From Thermoproteota archaeon (GTDB lineage: Archaea > Korarchaeota > Korarchaeia > Korarchaeales > JAOZGB01), in assembly GCA_037917685.1 (NCBI GenBank), contig JAVCBU010000011.1, forward strand, positions 32,001 through 96,000: a DNA stretch of 64,000 nucleotides. Reading direction: 5' to 3'. The position numbers and the translations under genes were made by a program. Shown piece by piece: positions 28,914-38,889 of the stretch; position 1 is the stretch's first letter; every line of letters starts with the position of its first letter. The notes beneath the pieces were generated by a model that had not been told where the DNA came from, made no database searches, and worked only from the letters and a program-made list of their open reading frames with translations.

Positions 28914-29946
28914 AGATGATAACCGGCTTTATTATTCCGCCAGTCTTCTTATCGTAATCTTTGAATGCTTGGGGTGACTCTTCGATTGTGTACCTGTGGG
29001 TTATGAATTTCGACAGATCTATTTCAAGCCTTTTAATCGTTTCTGCAACATGTTTCAGGCTTTTAGGCCCTGCCGGGCATAGTGCCCCCTTTAACGTTAT
29101 CTCGTCCATTGTCAGCTTTATGAGGTTTAGCGGTATTTTTTCAGGGTGTAGGGCTGTAACCACGGCAACCCCGCCTCTCCTTACTATTTTCATAACCAGT
29201 GTGATGCTTGCGGGTGTGCTTGCCGTATCAAGCACAGCATTAAACCCGCCTTTAGAGATTTCTAGGAGCTTATCCACCGGGTTTGGAGACTTCATGCTTA
29301 TAACTGTCCGGATTCCCATACCCATCGCCTGCTCCACTTTTTTAGACCCCATCTTGACCCCTACAACCTTTGCCCCAAGCTTCTGTGAGATGAGCGCTGA
29401 GAGTATACCTATAGGCCCCATTCCAAGGACTGCTACGCTCCACCCCGGCTTCACGCCAGCCTTCTCCACAGTGTGAAGAGCTGTGGAGGCTAGATCACCA
29501 TAGAGAGCCGCTTCCTCAAACCCGGTTCCCTCAGGGATTTTCTGCAGGGTTAGGTCTGCCCTTGGGACAAGGAGGTACTCGGCTATGCAGCCGTCAACGT
29601 GGACTCCTATTCCAACTCGGCCTGTGCAGAGCTGGTATGCCCCGCTTTTGCAGTATTCGCATCCGCCGCACGGCGACACCGGGCTTCCATAGACCTTATC
29701 TCCAGGCTTAAAATTGTTAACCCCCTCGCCTACATGCTCCACCACTCCTGAATATTCGTGTCCAAGTGTTATAGGGATCTTAGCAGGGATGGAGTCACCC
29801 CTATAGTAATGGAGGTCTGTGCCGCATATCGAGGATGCCATAATCCTAATGAGAACCTGCCCGCGGCTAGGATACGGGGTGTCTACCTCAACGACCCGTA
29901 TATCTCTGACGGAGAAGAGTCTAGCTGCCTTCAACAAGATTACCAT
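28903..29946 (-). CDS. Zinc-dependent medium-chain alcohol dehydrogenase
   Basis: CGTDLH, GHE, CGGCEYC..C, GMGPIG. Confidence 0.92.
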   Translation of the reverse strand: MVILLKAARLFSVRDIRVVEVDTPYPSRGQVLIRIMASSICGTDLHYYRGDSIPAKIPITLGHEYSGVVEHVGEGVNNFKPGDKVYGSPVSPCGGCEYCKSGAYQLCTGRVGIGVHVDGCIAEYLLVPRADLTLQKIPEGTGFEEAALYGDLASTALHTVEKAGVKPGWSVAVLGMGPIGILSALISQKLGAKVVGVKMGSKKVEQAMGMGIRTVISMKSPNPVDKLLEISKGGFNAVLDTASTPASITLVMKIVRRGGVAVVTALHPEKIPLNLIKLTMDEITLKGALCPAGPKSLKHVAETIKRLEIDLSKFITHRYTIEESPQAFKDYDKKTGGIIKPVIISTH

Positions 29947-30221
29947 TCACATGGCACACTTTAAAAGCTAAGCAAAGCTTCCAGGTACATTTGGGCCTGA
30001 CATCATCTGTTAAATTGATTCAGACTTTTGATATTATATGATGGCTAGTAAGGCCGTTTCAGAGGCCTTGCTCAGAGTTCCGCCTTCTAAAAACGACAGG
30101 GATGCTGAAAGTCTGTAGACCTGTCAAAGGTTTACGATAGTTATATACTCTTAGCATGTTGCAACTTTCCTATACATGGGTTTTTAAGATGTTGATTGTG
30201 AGATGCAATTGGTGATGCTAC

Positions 30222-31490
30222 TTGGATAGAGGCGTTGTGTACAAGGTGTTGGAGAAGGTCAAGGACATGAGAGGCGAAATTATAGAGTTCCTCCAAAGTC
30301 TTATATCTTATAGGAGCGTGACTGGGGAGGAGCTTGAGATTCAGAGGTTTATTGAGGGCTATCTTAAGAGTTTGGATTTGGAGGTTGACGTTTGGGAGCC
30401 TGATTGGGATGAGCTTAGGAGGCATCCAGCCTATGTTCCTGTGGAGATGGGTTACGAGGGGAGGCCGAACGTTGTGGGGCTTTACAAAGGCATCGGTGGG
30501 GGGAGGTCTCTACTCTTTAATGGCCACGTGGATGTTATACCAGCTGATCCTGAGGCTTGGAGTGTTGACCCATGGGCTGGCGTGGTTAAGGATGGAAAGC
30601 TACATGGTAGGGGAGCTTCCGACATGAAGTCAGGCCTTGCGGCTTTCACGATGGCCCTTAAGACAGTTTTGGATCTGGGATTCAAGCTTAAGGGAGATGT
30701 CATACTTGAATATGTGGTTGATGAGGAGTTTAGCGGGCACGGAACCTTGTCGGCGATACTGAGGGGTTACAGGGCTGATGCTGGGATTAGCTGTGAGGCA
30801 AGCGACATGCAGATACAGCCAGCTACAACAGGGTCTATGTGGTTTGAGATAGAGGTTGAAGGTAAGACTGCCTCTATGAGCAGGCGGTGGGAGGCTGTGC
30901 CAGCCATTGATAAGGCCTATAAGGTTTATAGGGCAGTATCAGAGCTTGAAGAGATAAGAATACAGGAGATTAGACACCCCTTATACCCTGACAACAGGGG
31001 TAGCCTGGCATTGTTCATAGGAATGTTTAATGCCGGGAACTATCCTAGTAGCATTGCCGATAGGGCTGTCTTGAAGGGAAGGATGGGTGTACTACCATGC
31101 GAGGATCCCCGCCAGGCGCAGAATCAGCTTAAAGAGTATATTTCTAGGGTTTCGGAGCTTGACCCGTGGCTCAGGAATCATAAGCCTAGGGTTGAGTTTA
31201 AGGGCTACTACGCGGAGCCAGCTGAGATACCAGCAGATCACCCTATCGTTAAGACTCTCGAGGAATGTTATAGGACGGCTCTCGGGAAAAATCCTGTTGT
31301 CAGGGGGCATGATGGGGCTGCGGACACCAGGTTCCTGATAAAGTATGGTAACACTCCTACCCCGATTTTCGGCCCTGGAACAATAACGCAGATGCACGCC
31401 ACGGACGAGTGGGTTAGAGTTGAAGACCTAATCGACTCAGTGAAAGTTTTAGCATTGACTATTCTTGAATGGTGCGATTATGAGGTGTAA
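30222..31490 (+). CDS. M20 family deacylase (ArgE/DapE-like)
   Basis: NGHVDV, GRGASDMK, DEE, FGPG...MHATDE. Confidence 0.92.
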   Translation: MDRGVVYKVLEKVKDMRGEIIEFLQSLISYRSVTGEELEIQRFIEGYLKSLDLEVDVWEPDWDELRRHPAYVPVEMGYEGRPNVVGLYKGIGGGRSLLFNGHVDVIPADPEAWSVDPWAGVVKDGKLHGRGASDMKSGLAAFTMALKTVLDLGFKLKGDVILEYVVDEEFSGHGTLSAILRGYRADAGISCEASDMQIQPATTGSMWFEIEVEGKTASMSRRWEAVPAIDKAYKVYRAVSELEEIRIQEIRHPLYPDNRGSLALFIGMFNAGNYPSSIADRAVLKGRMGVLPCEDPRQAQNQLKEYISRVSELDPWLRNHKPRVEFKGYYAEPAEIPADHPIVKTLEECYRTALGKNPVVRGHDGAADTRFLIKYGNTPTPIFGPGTITQMHATDEWVRVEDLIDSVKVLALTILEWCDYEV

Positions 31491-31495
31491 TAGGA

Positions 31496-32794
31496 ATGTC
31501 TGCAGGTGATATCGTCGAGAAATATCAGAAGTATATCATTCCATCGAGCATTGAGGGCAGAAGGAGCCTGGTTATAGTTAGGGCGAGCGGCGCAGTGGTG
31601 TGGGACTCTGAAGGTAGGGAATACATAGACTGCCACTCCGGATATGCTGCGGTTAATCTTGGCCACTGCCATCCTAGGGTTGTAGAGGCTGTTAAGAGAC
31701 AGCTTGAAAGAGTATGGCATACATCGTGGGATTATAATACTATTCCTACTGCCCTTCTAGCCGAGAAGCTTGTGGATATAACACCTGAAAGCCTCTGCAA
31801 GGTTATGTTTTTAAGTACGGGGGCTGAGGCTGTCGAGAACGCTGTTAAACTCTCGAAGAAGAGGGCATCAAGCCGCGGGAGGCCTGGCTCTTATATTATC
31901 TCCCTTATGGGTGGCTTTCACGGTAGAACTTCCTATGCAATGGCTCTCACAGGCAACGTTAAGTATAAGGCTGGGCTGTCAACCTATGTTCACCAAGGGG
32001 TAATACATATACCGCCACCATACTGTTACAGGTGCTTCTTCAAGCAGGAATACCCTGAGTGTGGCCTGTACTGTGCAGAATACCTTGAGAGGATTCTCAG
32101 ATTTACAGGTGCAGGAGACATCGCAGGAATGATTGTTGAGCCTATAATGGGAGAGGGAGGAATAATCCCGCTACCAGACGGCTACCTCGAGAGGGTTTCA
32201 GAGACGGTTAGAAACGCGGGTGGAGTCATAATTATAGATGAAATTCAGACGGGCTTCGGCCGAACAGGGAGGCTATTCGGCTTCGAATGGTCAAACATAA
32301 TACCTGACATCTTAACACTTGCAAAGGGGATAGCAAGCGGGCTCCCAATATCCGCTGTAGTGACAACCATGGATATAGGAGAGCTGCTTAGCCCCGTAGA
32401 TCATACGTCGACGTACGGCGGAAACCCTGTAGCTTCTGCGGCAGCCCTTGAAAATATTAAGGTTATACTTGAGCTTAGACTATGGGAGAACGCTGCTAAG
32501 ATCGGGGAAATGTTTCTTAAGAGCCTTCAGGAACAGATGGATAAGTACAGGTTCATAGGCGATGTCAGGGGGAGAGGCTTAATGATAGGGGTGGAGATAG
32601 TTGACATGGGAAGGCCAAGTCCCTTAAAGGCTGAGAAAATAAGGGAAGAAGCTGAAAAGAGAGGCTTACTGGTGAACGTTGGAGGCATGTATGGAAATGT
32701 ACTTAGAATTCAACCTCCATTGTCAATAACATCTGATCAGGCGGCAAGGGCGCTTACCATACTTGACCAGGTATTCAAGACAGTTGAAGATTGA
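31496..32794 (+). CDS. Class III PLP aminotransferase (GABA/ornithine/beta-alanine type)
   Basis: GAEAVENA, FHGRT, EPIMGEGG, DEIQTGFGRTG, TLAKG, TYGGNP. Confidence 0.93.
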   Translation: MSAGDIVEKYQKYIIPSSIEGRRSLVIVRASGAVVWDSEGREYIDCHSGYAAVNLGHCHPRVVEAVKRQLERVWHTSWDYNTIPTALLAEKLVDITPESLCKVMFLSTGAEAVENAVKLSKKRASSRGRPGSYIISLMGGFHGRTSYAMALTGNVKYKAGLSTYVHQGVIHIPPPYCYRCFFKQEYPECGLYCAEYLERILRFTGAGDIAGMIVEPIMGEGGIIPLPDGYLERVSETVRNAGGVIIIDEIQTGFGRTGRLFGFEWSNIIPDILTLAKGIASGLPISAVVTTMDIGELLSPVDHTSTYGGNPVASAAALENIKVILELRLWENAAKIGEMFLKSLQEQMDKYRFIGDVRGRGLMIGVEIVDMGRPSPLKAEKIREEAEKRGLLVNVGGMYGNVLRIQPPLSITSDQAARALTILDQVFKTVED

Positions 32795-32957
32795 AGGATT
32801 CAAAATAAGTTAGACATGTACGCTTAAGAAGGGATTCTAGACTTGAGTCGGTCCCTTATATGTGAACTCTGCATTGTCTTCTACTAAATTGTTACTCCGA
32901 TTTGAGCTGGAGTCTATGTGAATTATGATAAATATGTTAGTGGTTGCTCCTGGTAAA

Positions 32958-33086
32958 TTGGCTGTGAGTACGAAGGATATTCTGGAGAAAAGGCTAAAAG
33001 AGCTTCAGAGAATGGTTCCAGAGATAGAGGGTGCAGCTGTTGTCAGCAGCGACGGCCTTACCAACCCTACCAATCATAAATGTTAG
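32958..33086 (+). pseudogene. Truncated Roadblock/LC7 (MglB-like) gene fragment
   Basis: Not in the ORF track. Translates MAVSTKDILEKRLKELQRMVPEIEGAAVVSSDGL then degenerates to TAG; 'PEIEGAAVVSSDGL' is typical of a roadblock N-terminus. Confidence 0.6.
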
Positions 33087-33116
33087 CGTTTTTAACTACT
33101 CCCGATTAAGGTTTAA

Positions 33117-35423
33117 GTGTTTGTAAGGTGGAGGTGTGTGCATCGGTCGGGCAAGTTTGAGGTTATAGGTAGATCAATGGTAAGACTCGACGCTTGGGAT
33201 AAGCTTAGTGGCAGAATAAAGTTCACCGGTGACTTAAAGGTTCATGGGATGCTTTATGGCAGGGTGGTTAGAAGTAAGATCCCGCATGGCATCCTCAGCG
33301 GAGTCTCAGACTCTGATGCTTTGAGTGTGCCAGGTGTTATGGCGGTTTACACAGCTGAAGATATTCCAGGTGAAAATCAGGTTGGTTACGCTGTTGAAGA
33401 TCAGCCTCTTCTGGCGTATGAGAGGGTTAGGTTCATAGGGGATCCCGTGGCGATAGTGGTGGCTGAGAGTAGGCGTTCGGCGTGGCAGGCATGCCAGCTT
33501 GTAGAAGTTAATGTGGACCCCCTACCAGCTGTCTTCACGGTTGAGGAAGCCCTTAAACCGGATGCTCCAAGGATTCACCCTCATGGGAACATAGCGGAGA
33601 CGTCTAGAATTAGGAAGGGGGATGTAGATGAAGCTTTTAAGCGTGCCTACGTCACTGTGGAAAACGTGTACAGGCTAGGGCATCAAGAGCACGTCTACCT
33701 TGAGACTGAAGCTGCGCTTGCTATACCAGAGTCTGGGAGGATAACTGTTATAGGTAGTATGCAGTCTCCCTTCCTGGTTAGAAGGATTATTTCGAGGGTT
33801 CTGGGCCTGGAGGAGTCCAGGATTAGAGTTATACAGGCGCCTACCGGCGGCGCTTTCGGTGGTAAGGATGATATGGGACCGCTGGTCTGTGGAAAAGCTG
33901 CCGTTGCAGCTTATAACATCGGACGGCCTGTCCTCCTATTGTATGACCGTGAGGAAAGCATTGTTTCAAGCAATAAGAGACATCCAGCCATTATAAGGTA
34001 CGCTTCAGCCGTTGATAAAAACGGAAAACTTCTCGGTGTAAAGGTTGATATAACAATGGACGTTGGGGCATATGCGAACCGTGGCCCATACGTGCTTTGG
34101 AGGGCGACCTTCCACTCTGCAGGGCCGTACTATGTCCCAAACGTCTGGGTTGACGGGAGAGCTGTCTACACCAACAAGGTCTTCTCAGGGTCATTTAGGG
34201 GATTTGGCGACCCACAGATACATTTTGCAGCTGAGTCCCAGATGGACATTCTAGCGCAGAAGCTTGGAATGGACCCCTTGGAGTTTAGGCTTAAAAATGC
34301 CCTGAGGCAAGGCCAGGATACTACATGCGGCCAGGTGCTAGACCACTCTGTAGGAATAGTTGAAGCCCTCACCAGGATAAAGGAGGCATCTGGCTGGGAC
34401 AAGCTTAGAAAACTCTATGGAGAAAACAGGGGGAGATACAGGCGTGGCGTAGGGGTTGCCTGTGCATATCATGGGATAAGTACGAGTAAGGGTGTCCCCG
34501 ACTACAGTGCTGCCTCGGTCGTCGTGAACAGGGATGGTACAGTGCTCTATAGGAGTGGTATTTGCATGCTTGGACAAGGCTCGCTGACAGGCCATGCTAA
34601 GATAGTTGCAGAGATCCTGGGAATACCTCTGGACTGGATTCGGATAAGTGAAAGGGATACTGACTCCGTTCCGGATTCAAGGCCGACACATGGGTCTAGA
34701 GGGCTTATGGCTGGCGGTACAGCCGCTGCTGATGCGGCTTGGAAGGTGAGAAGGAAGCTTGAGAAGGTTGCTAGGAGAATCTTAGAAGTCGAAGGGGCTG
34801 TCATATTTAGAAATGGAATCGTATATGCCAAGGATTCTCCTGAAAGCCGGGTCTCCTTCAGAGAGGCTGTAGAGGAGGCTTATAGGTTGGGGATAATTCC
34901 AGCTGCCTACGGGTTCTACCATCTGCCAGAAAGATACTTCGACCCGGAAACAGGCCTTGGAAAGGCGTATGCATGCTACACTTTCATTGTCAATGTTGTC
35001 GAGCTCCAGGTAGACACCCTGACAGGTGAGGTAAAAGTGTTAAGGGTTTGGTCTGCTGCTGATGTTGGCAGAGCGATAGATCCTCTGCTGATTAGGGGGC
35101 AGATCGAGGGAGCAATTGTTCAGGGGATAGGCTACGCACTTATTGAGAAGCTTGTGCTAAGGGAGGGTCAGATACTTAATCCCAACCTGACCGACTACAC
35201 GATCCCAGTTGCATCGGACACTCCAGAGATAATAGAGCCTATAATTGTGGAGGATGAGTATAGGAACTCGGTGTTCGGAGCTAAAGGCGTTGCTGAGGCA
35301 GCTCTCATACCCACCCCTCCAGCAATAGCAAATGCCATATACCACGCAATCGGTATAAGGCTGAAAGAGGTTCCCATGACCCGGGAAAAGATATTAGAGT
35401 ATTTGGAGGGCGGGGAGGGTTGA
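33117..35423 (+). CDS. Xanthine dehydrogenase family molybdopterin-binding large subunit
   Basis: QSPF, GGAFGGK, SFRGFG, THGSRG, GQIEGAIVQGIG, KGVAE. Start may be GTG at about 33138. Confidence 0.93.
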   Translation: MFVRWRCVHRSGKFEVIGRSMVRLDAWDKLSGRIKFTGDLKVHGMLYGRVVRSKIPHGILSGVSDSDALSVPGVMAVYTAEDIPGENQVGYAVEDQPLLAYERVRFIGDPVAIVVAESRRSAWQACQLVEVNVDPLPAVFTVEEALKPDAPRIHPHGNIAETSRIRKGDVDEAFKRAYVTVENVYRLGHQEHVYLETEAALAIPESGRITVIGSMQSPFLVRRIISRVLGLEESRIRVIQAPTGGAFGGKDDMGPLVCGKAAVAAYNIGRPVLLLYDREESIVSSNKRHPAIIRYASAVDKNGKLLGVKVDITMDVGAYANRGPYVLWRATFHSAGPYYVPNVWVDGRAVYTNKVFSGSFRGFGDPQIHFAAESQMDILAQKLGMDPLEFRLKNALRQGQDTTCGQVLDHSVGIVEALTRIKEASGWDKLRKLYGENRGRYRRGVGVACAYHGISTSKGVPDYSAASVVVNRDGTVLYRSGICMLGQGSLTGHAKIVAEILGIPLDWIRISERDTDSVPDSRPTHGSRGLMAGGTAAADAAWKVRRKLEKVARRILEVEGAVIFRNGIVYAKDSPESRVSFREAVEEAYRLGIIPAAYGFYHLPERYFDPETGLGKAYACYTFIVNVVELQVDTLTGEVKVLRVWSAADVGRAIDPLLIRGQIEGAIVQGIGYALIEKLVLREGQILNPNLTDYTIPVASDTPEIIEPIIVEDEYRNSVFGAKGVAEAALIPTPPAIANAIYHAIGIRLKEVPMTREKILEYLEGGEG

Positions 35424-36286
35424 AGGTAATACCTTCATTCGAGTATTACAGGGTGGAAAGCCTTGAGGAAGCGCTTAAGCTACTCTCCAAAGTTGAAGAA
35501 CCAACAATCATCGCTGGAGGAACAGACCTCATCCCTGCCATGCGCGACGGGCTAGAGCCAATGAGCATTGTTGACATAAGTAGGATAGAAGAGTTAGAGT
35601 ATATTAGGAGAGAGAATGGATACGTTAAAATAGGCTGTTTAACCACTATCAGCACGCTCGAAAGCTCAGACATAATCCAGTCATACGCTTATTCTCTCGC
35701 TGAGGCTTCACGGCTTATGGCATCAATCCATGTTAGGAATAAGGCAACCATTGGAGGCAACCTTTGCAATGCATCACCAGCCGCTGACACAGCTCCACCC
35801 CTCCTAACATACGATGCTGAAGTAGTCTTGGCATCAGCCTCAGGATCCCGTGTAGTCAAGCTTAACCAGTTCTTTAAGGGGCCGAAGAAGACCTGTCTCA
35901 GAAAGAACGAGCTTCTAGTTGAGGTAAGATTTAAACCAGCAGGCAGGTCTGCTTCCTGCTTCATGAAGCTTGGTAGGAGGACGAGCTTCACAATGTCAAT
36001 AGTGTCTGCAGCGGTCAAGGTGGAGGTTGACGGTGGCAGGCTTAGAAATGTCAGAATAGCCCTTGGATCCGTGGCTCCCATGCCTGTTAGAGCTTTAAGG
36101 TCGGAGAAATTCCTCGAGGGGAAGAAGCCAACCCAAGAAAACATCTCAATGGCAGCGAAGCTTGTACTCAAGGATATAAGCCCAATAACAGACGTACGGT
36201 CGACTGCAGAGTATAGAAAAAAAGTCTCACAAGTCCTGGTTATGGATGCCCTTAAGAAAGCGCTTGAAAGGGTGAAGGAAGCATGA
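35420..36286 (+). CDS. XDH family FAD-binding medium subunit
   Basis: IAGGTDL, RNKATIGGNLCNASPAAD, DVRSTAEYR. Confidence 0.93.
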   Translation: MKVIPSFEYYRVESLEEALKLLSKVEEPTIIAGGTDLIPAMRDGLEPMSIVDISRIEELEYIRRENGYVKIGCLTTISTLESSDIIQSYAYSLAEASRLMASIHVRNKATIGGNLCNASPAADTAPPLLTYDAEVVLASASGSRVVKLNQFFKGPKKTCLRKNELLVEVRFKPAGRSASCFMKLGRRTSFTMSIVSAAVKVEVDGGRLRNVRIALGSVAPMPVRALRSEKFLEGKKPTQENISMAAKLVLKDISPITDVRSTAEYRKKVSQVLVMDALKKALERVKEA

Positions 36287-36750
36287 AGATCAGGTTAAAG
36301 GTTAACGGCAAATGGGTAAAGCTTCAAGCTCACGAGTATGAAACTCTCCTAGAGATCCTGAGAGACAGGCTTGAAATCACAAGTGTGAAGGAGGGCTGCC
36401 TGAAAGGAGAATGCGGCGTCTGCACAGTACTTCTGGATGGGAGGCCTGTAAACTCCTGCCTAGTGCTGGCACCACAGGCGGATGATAGAGAGGTGACAAC
36501 GCTTGAAGGCCTACTACAAGATGAAACCATGAAAAACATCCAGGAAGCATTCGCAAGGAACGGGGCAGTCCAATGCGGCTACTGCACCCCTGCCATGCTC
36601 CTAGTCGCCTGGTACCTTGTAAAGTCAGGGATAAACTCGACGGAGGAGGTTAAACGGTGCATTTCAGGGGTGTTGTGCAGGTGCACAGGGTATGTAAGCA
36701 TCGTAAAGAGTATAGCCCAGGTCGCTGCAAAGATGAAAAGCAGCCTCTAA
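36283..36750 (+). CDS. XDH family (2Fe-2S) small subunit
   Basis: GCLKGECGVCTV, NSC, QCGYCTP, CRCTGY. Confidence 0.94.
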   Translation: MKIRLKVNGKWVKLQAHEYETLLEILRDRLEITSVKEGCLKGECGVCTVLLDGRPVNSCLVLAPQADDREVTTLEGLLQDETMKNIQEAFARNGAVQCGYCTPAMLLVAWYLVKSGINSTEEVKRCISGVLCRCTGYVSIVKSIAQVAAKMKSSL

Positions 36751-36833
36751 TGGATTTTAGCAGCTGTCAAAGTATCGAACACATGATTGAATTCCGGTGA
36801 CAAGGTAAAAGCCAACGTTATAATGTGCATGTT

Positions 36834-37748
36834 TTATGGCCTGGGATGTTCTTTGAAGAATTCCCATATTATTTCTGTTGCAGAGATCTCCATGGTTGGC
36901 GGGTCACCGAAGGAGCCCTGGTAGGTTGAGCCTGGCCACGCATGGCCGCCTCCTATGATGGTGTAAAGAACTACTTCTGTGCCGTTTACCCCGCCTATGT
37001 AGCGTTCCACTCTTATACTCTTATACTGCTCCACTATTGGTGTTTCTTCACATTTGTTATGGTGAACCCAGAATTCTACGGCATATGAAACCGGCTTGTC
37101 AACCCTTTTCTCGAGGGCTTTCCTGCCGATTCCCCCGTTATAGGGCACATTTTCATCGGCTGTACCATGGAATATTATCACTGACACCGCATATCTAGGA
37201 TTACAGTCTTCCAGGTTCATCGCCCCTGAGACAACAGCTATCCCTGCAATCTTATGGGAAAGCCTGCATGCAAGGAGATAGGCAAGCATCCCACCGTTAG
37301 AAAAGCCTGCGACATAGACCCTCTTCGGGTCAATCCTATATTCTGATATAAGATGATCTATTAACTTCTCTATGAAGCCTACATCGTCTATGTTCATCCT
37401 CGCCGCATAGCCGCAGCAGCCGCCAGCGTTCCAGGTCAGCACACCCTTAAACCTACCAGTTCCCTCCGGGTAAGCCACGATAAAGCCTTCCCTATCTGCC
37501 AGAGTGTTCATCTCTGTCCTCCGCATAATGGAATACGCATTTCCACCGCCCCCATGCAGCACGATAACCAGGGGGACAGGGGAGTTCCCATCATAATTCT
37601 CTGGCACGTGCAAGATATACCTTCTCTTTAAACCATCGTGAATATACCCCTCATAGTTTAGAGAAGTGTCTAGCCTGTGTCTCTGTGAAAGATACAGGAC
37701 AGGAGGAATGGATAGCAATAGGAACCCTAATAAGATAAATGCCTTCAT
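36834..37748 (-). CDS. Secreted/anchored PHB-depolymerase/LpqC-like esterase
   Basis: N-terminal hydrophobic signal, LHGGGG, WNAGGCCG, lipase box GFSNG, HGTAD, GHAWPG. Confidence 0.88.
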   Translation of the reverse strand: MKAFILLGFLLLSIPPVLYLSQRHRLDTSLNYEGYIHDGLKRRYILHVPENYDGNSPVPLVIVLHGGGGNAYSIMRRTEMNTLADREGFIVAYPEGTGRFKGVLTWNAGGCCGYAARMNIDDVGFIEKLIDHLISEYRIDPKRVYVAGFSNGGMLAYLLACRLSHKIAGIAVVSGAMNLEDCNPRYAVSVIIFHGTADENVPYNGGIGRKALEKRVDKPVSYAVEFWVHHNKCEETPIVEQYKSIRVERYIGGVNGTEVVLYTIIGGGHAWPGSTYQGSFGDPPTMEISATEIIWEFFKEHPRP

Positions 37749-37760
37749 GCCCTACCTCCC

Positions 37761-37806
37761 CATAAACCCATTTTGGAATATAACATAAACCCATTTTAAA
37801 ATATAA
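37761..37806. repeat. 23-bp tandem duplication in the esterase upstream region
   Basis: CATAAACCCATTTTGGAATATAA followed by CATAAACCCATTTTAAAATATAA. Confidence 0.85.
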
Positions 37807-37838
37807 CATTTCTGCAGGCATCCTTCCTAAACTGAATG

Positions 37839-38453
37839 TTAAGGGCTAATACTGGAATAGGGCTTTCTTACAGATATGCTTAGCCCTCCCGGATCTATGG
37901 GTACTATTACGGTTTCCCATTCTTCTCCTGTTATGGCATCTATGAATTCTTTCAGTATTCCCCCATGGGATATCACATTATGAGCAGCTAGAATTGAGCC
38001 TTCCGGCATTTTTGGCTTGAGAAGTTTTAGGTAGTCTATGTACTCCTCTTTCTTACCATCCAAGAAGGCAAAGTCTACGTGGAACTTTAGCTGTGGAATT
38101 ATATTCAGAGCGTCTCCATGTATTATTTTCACAATTCTTCTAACCAATGATGCCATGCTTTCATCTGTCACCTTCATTAAAGTTTTCTCCGCCTCGGCAT
38201 ACCTTAAAGTGTTCTTCTCTATTGTGTATACTTCGCCGCGCCCGCCCAGCTCTAATATTCCAGTAACTATCCACATCGTTGAACACCCTATCCCGGTTCC
38301 TACTTCAACTGCTTTGATCTCGCCCCTCGCCTCTAACAGTAGTTTAACTATGAGTTTTATGAGCCTTCCACAGCTCTCCGAGATGGGATAGGCTCCAAGG
38401 TCGAGGGATCTGCGGCAGAGCTCTCTTATAGTACTGTAGACCTCTGGTTTCAT
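37839..38453 (-). CDS. SAM-dependent O-methyltransferase (YrrM-like)
   Basis: EVGTGIGCST, GDAL, FAFLDG.K..Y, AHN. Confidence 0.88.
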   Translation of the reverse strand: MKPEVYSTIRELCRRSLDLGAYPISESCGRLIKLIVKLLLEARGEIKAVEVGTGIGCSTMWIVTGILELGGRGEVYTIEKNTLRYAEAEKTLMKVTDESMASLVRRIVKIIHGDALNIIPQLKFHVDFAFLDGKKEEYIDYLKLLKPKMPEGSILAAHNVISHGGILKEFIDAITGEEWETVIVPIDPGGLSISVRKPYSSISP

Positions 38454-38889
38454 CGGTAAGACGGTGCTGGGAAGAGTTATAAAGCTTAGCAGTCAGGGGT
38501 CATGCATTGGCTGTTCATCATGCATACTTTAGGACACCGAGGTATAGAACTATTTCTCGATCCATGCTGGAGTAATGTCGCTGGGCCCCCGGTAGGATTA
38601 AGTTTCTTAGCTCTAAGGTGAAATTTATAACTATAGCAAAGCTGCTAGGCCTCATAACCAAGACAGACATTGTAAAAGTATACTCTGAAAGGGTTAAGGA
38701 GATAAGATGGTTCCCAGAGTAGGCCTCTCAACGTAGATAAACCGGTGGAAAGGAGAAAATGAGTAGAATACCCCCGGCAACCCAGCCTAAGGCTTAGGGG
38801 ATTGGGGCACACCGCACACAGCTCCTCTCTATAGGTTTATCTAACACTTGCAGGTGCCTTCATGATTCAGCGCTTCAATATATTAGGAG

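Noticed and set aside
33117-36750. Aerobic CO dehydrogenase (coxLMS) call
   Set aside because: The active-site loop is SFRGFG, not AYxCSFR or AYRGAGR.
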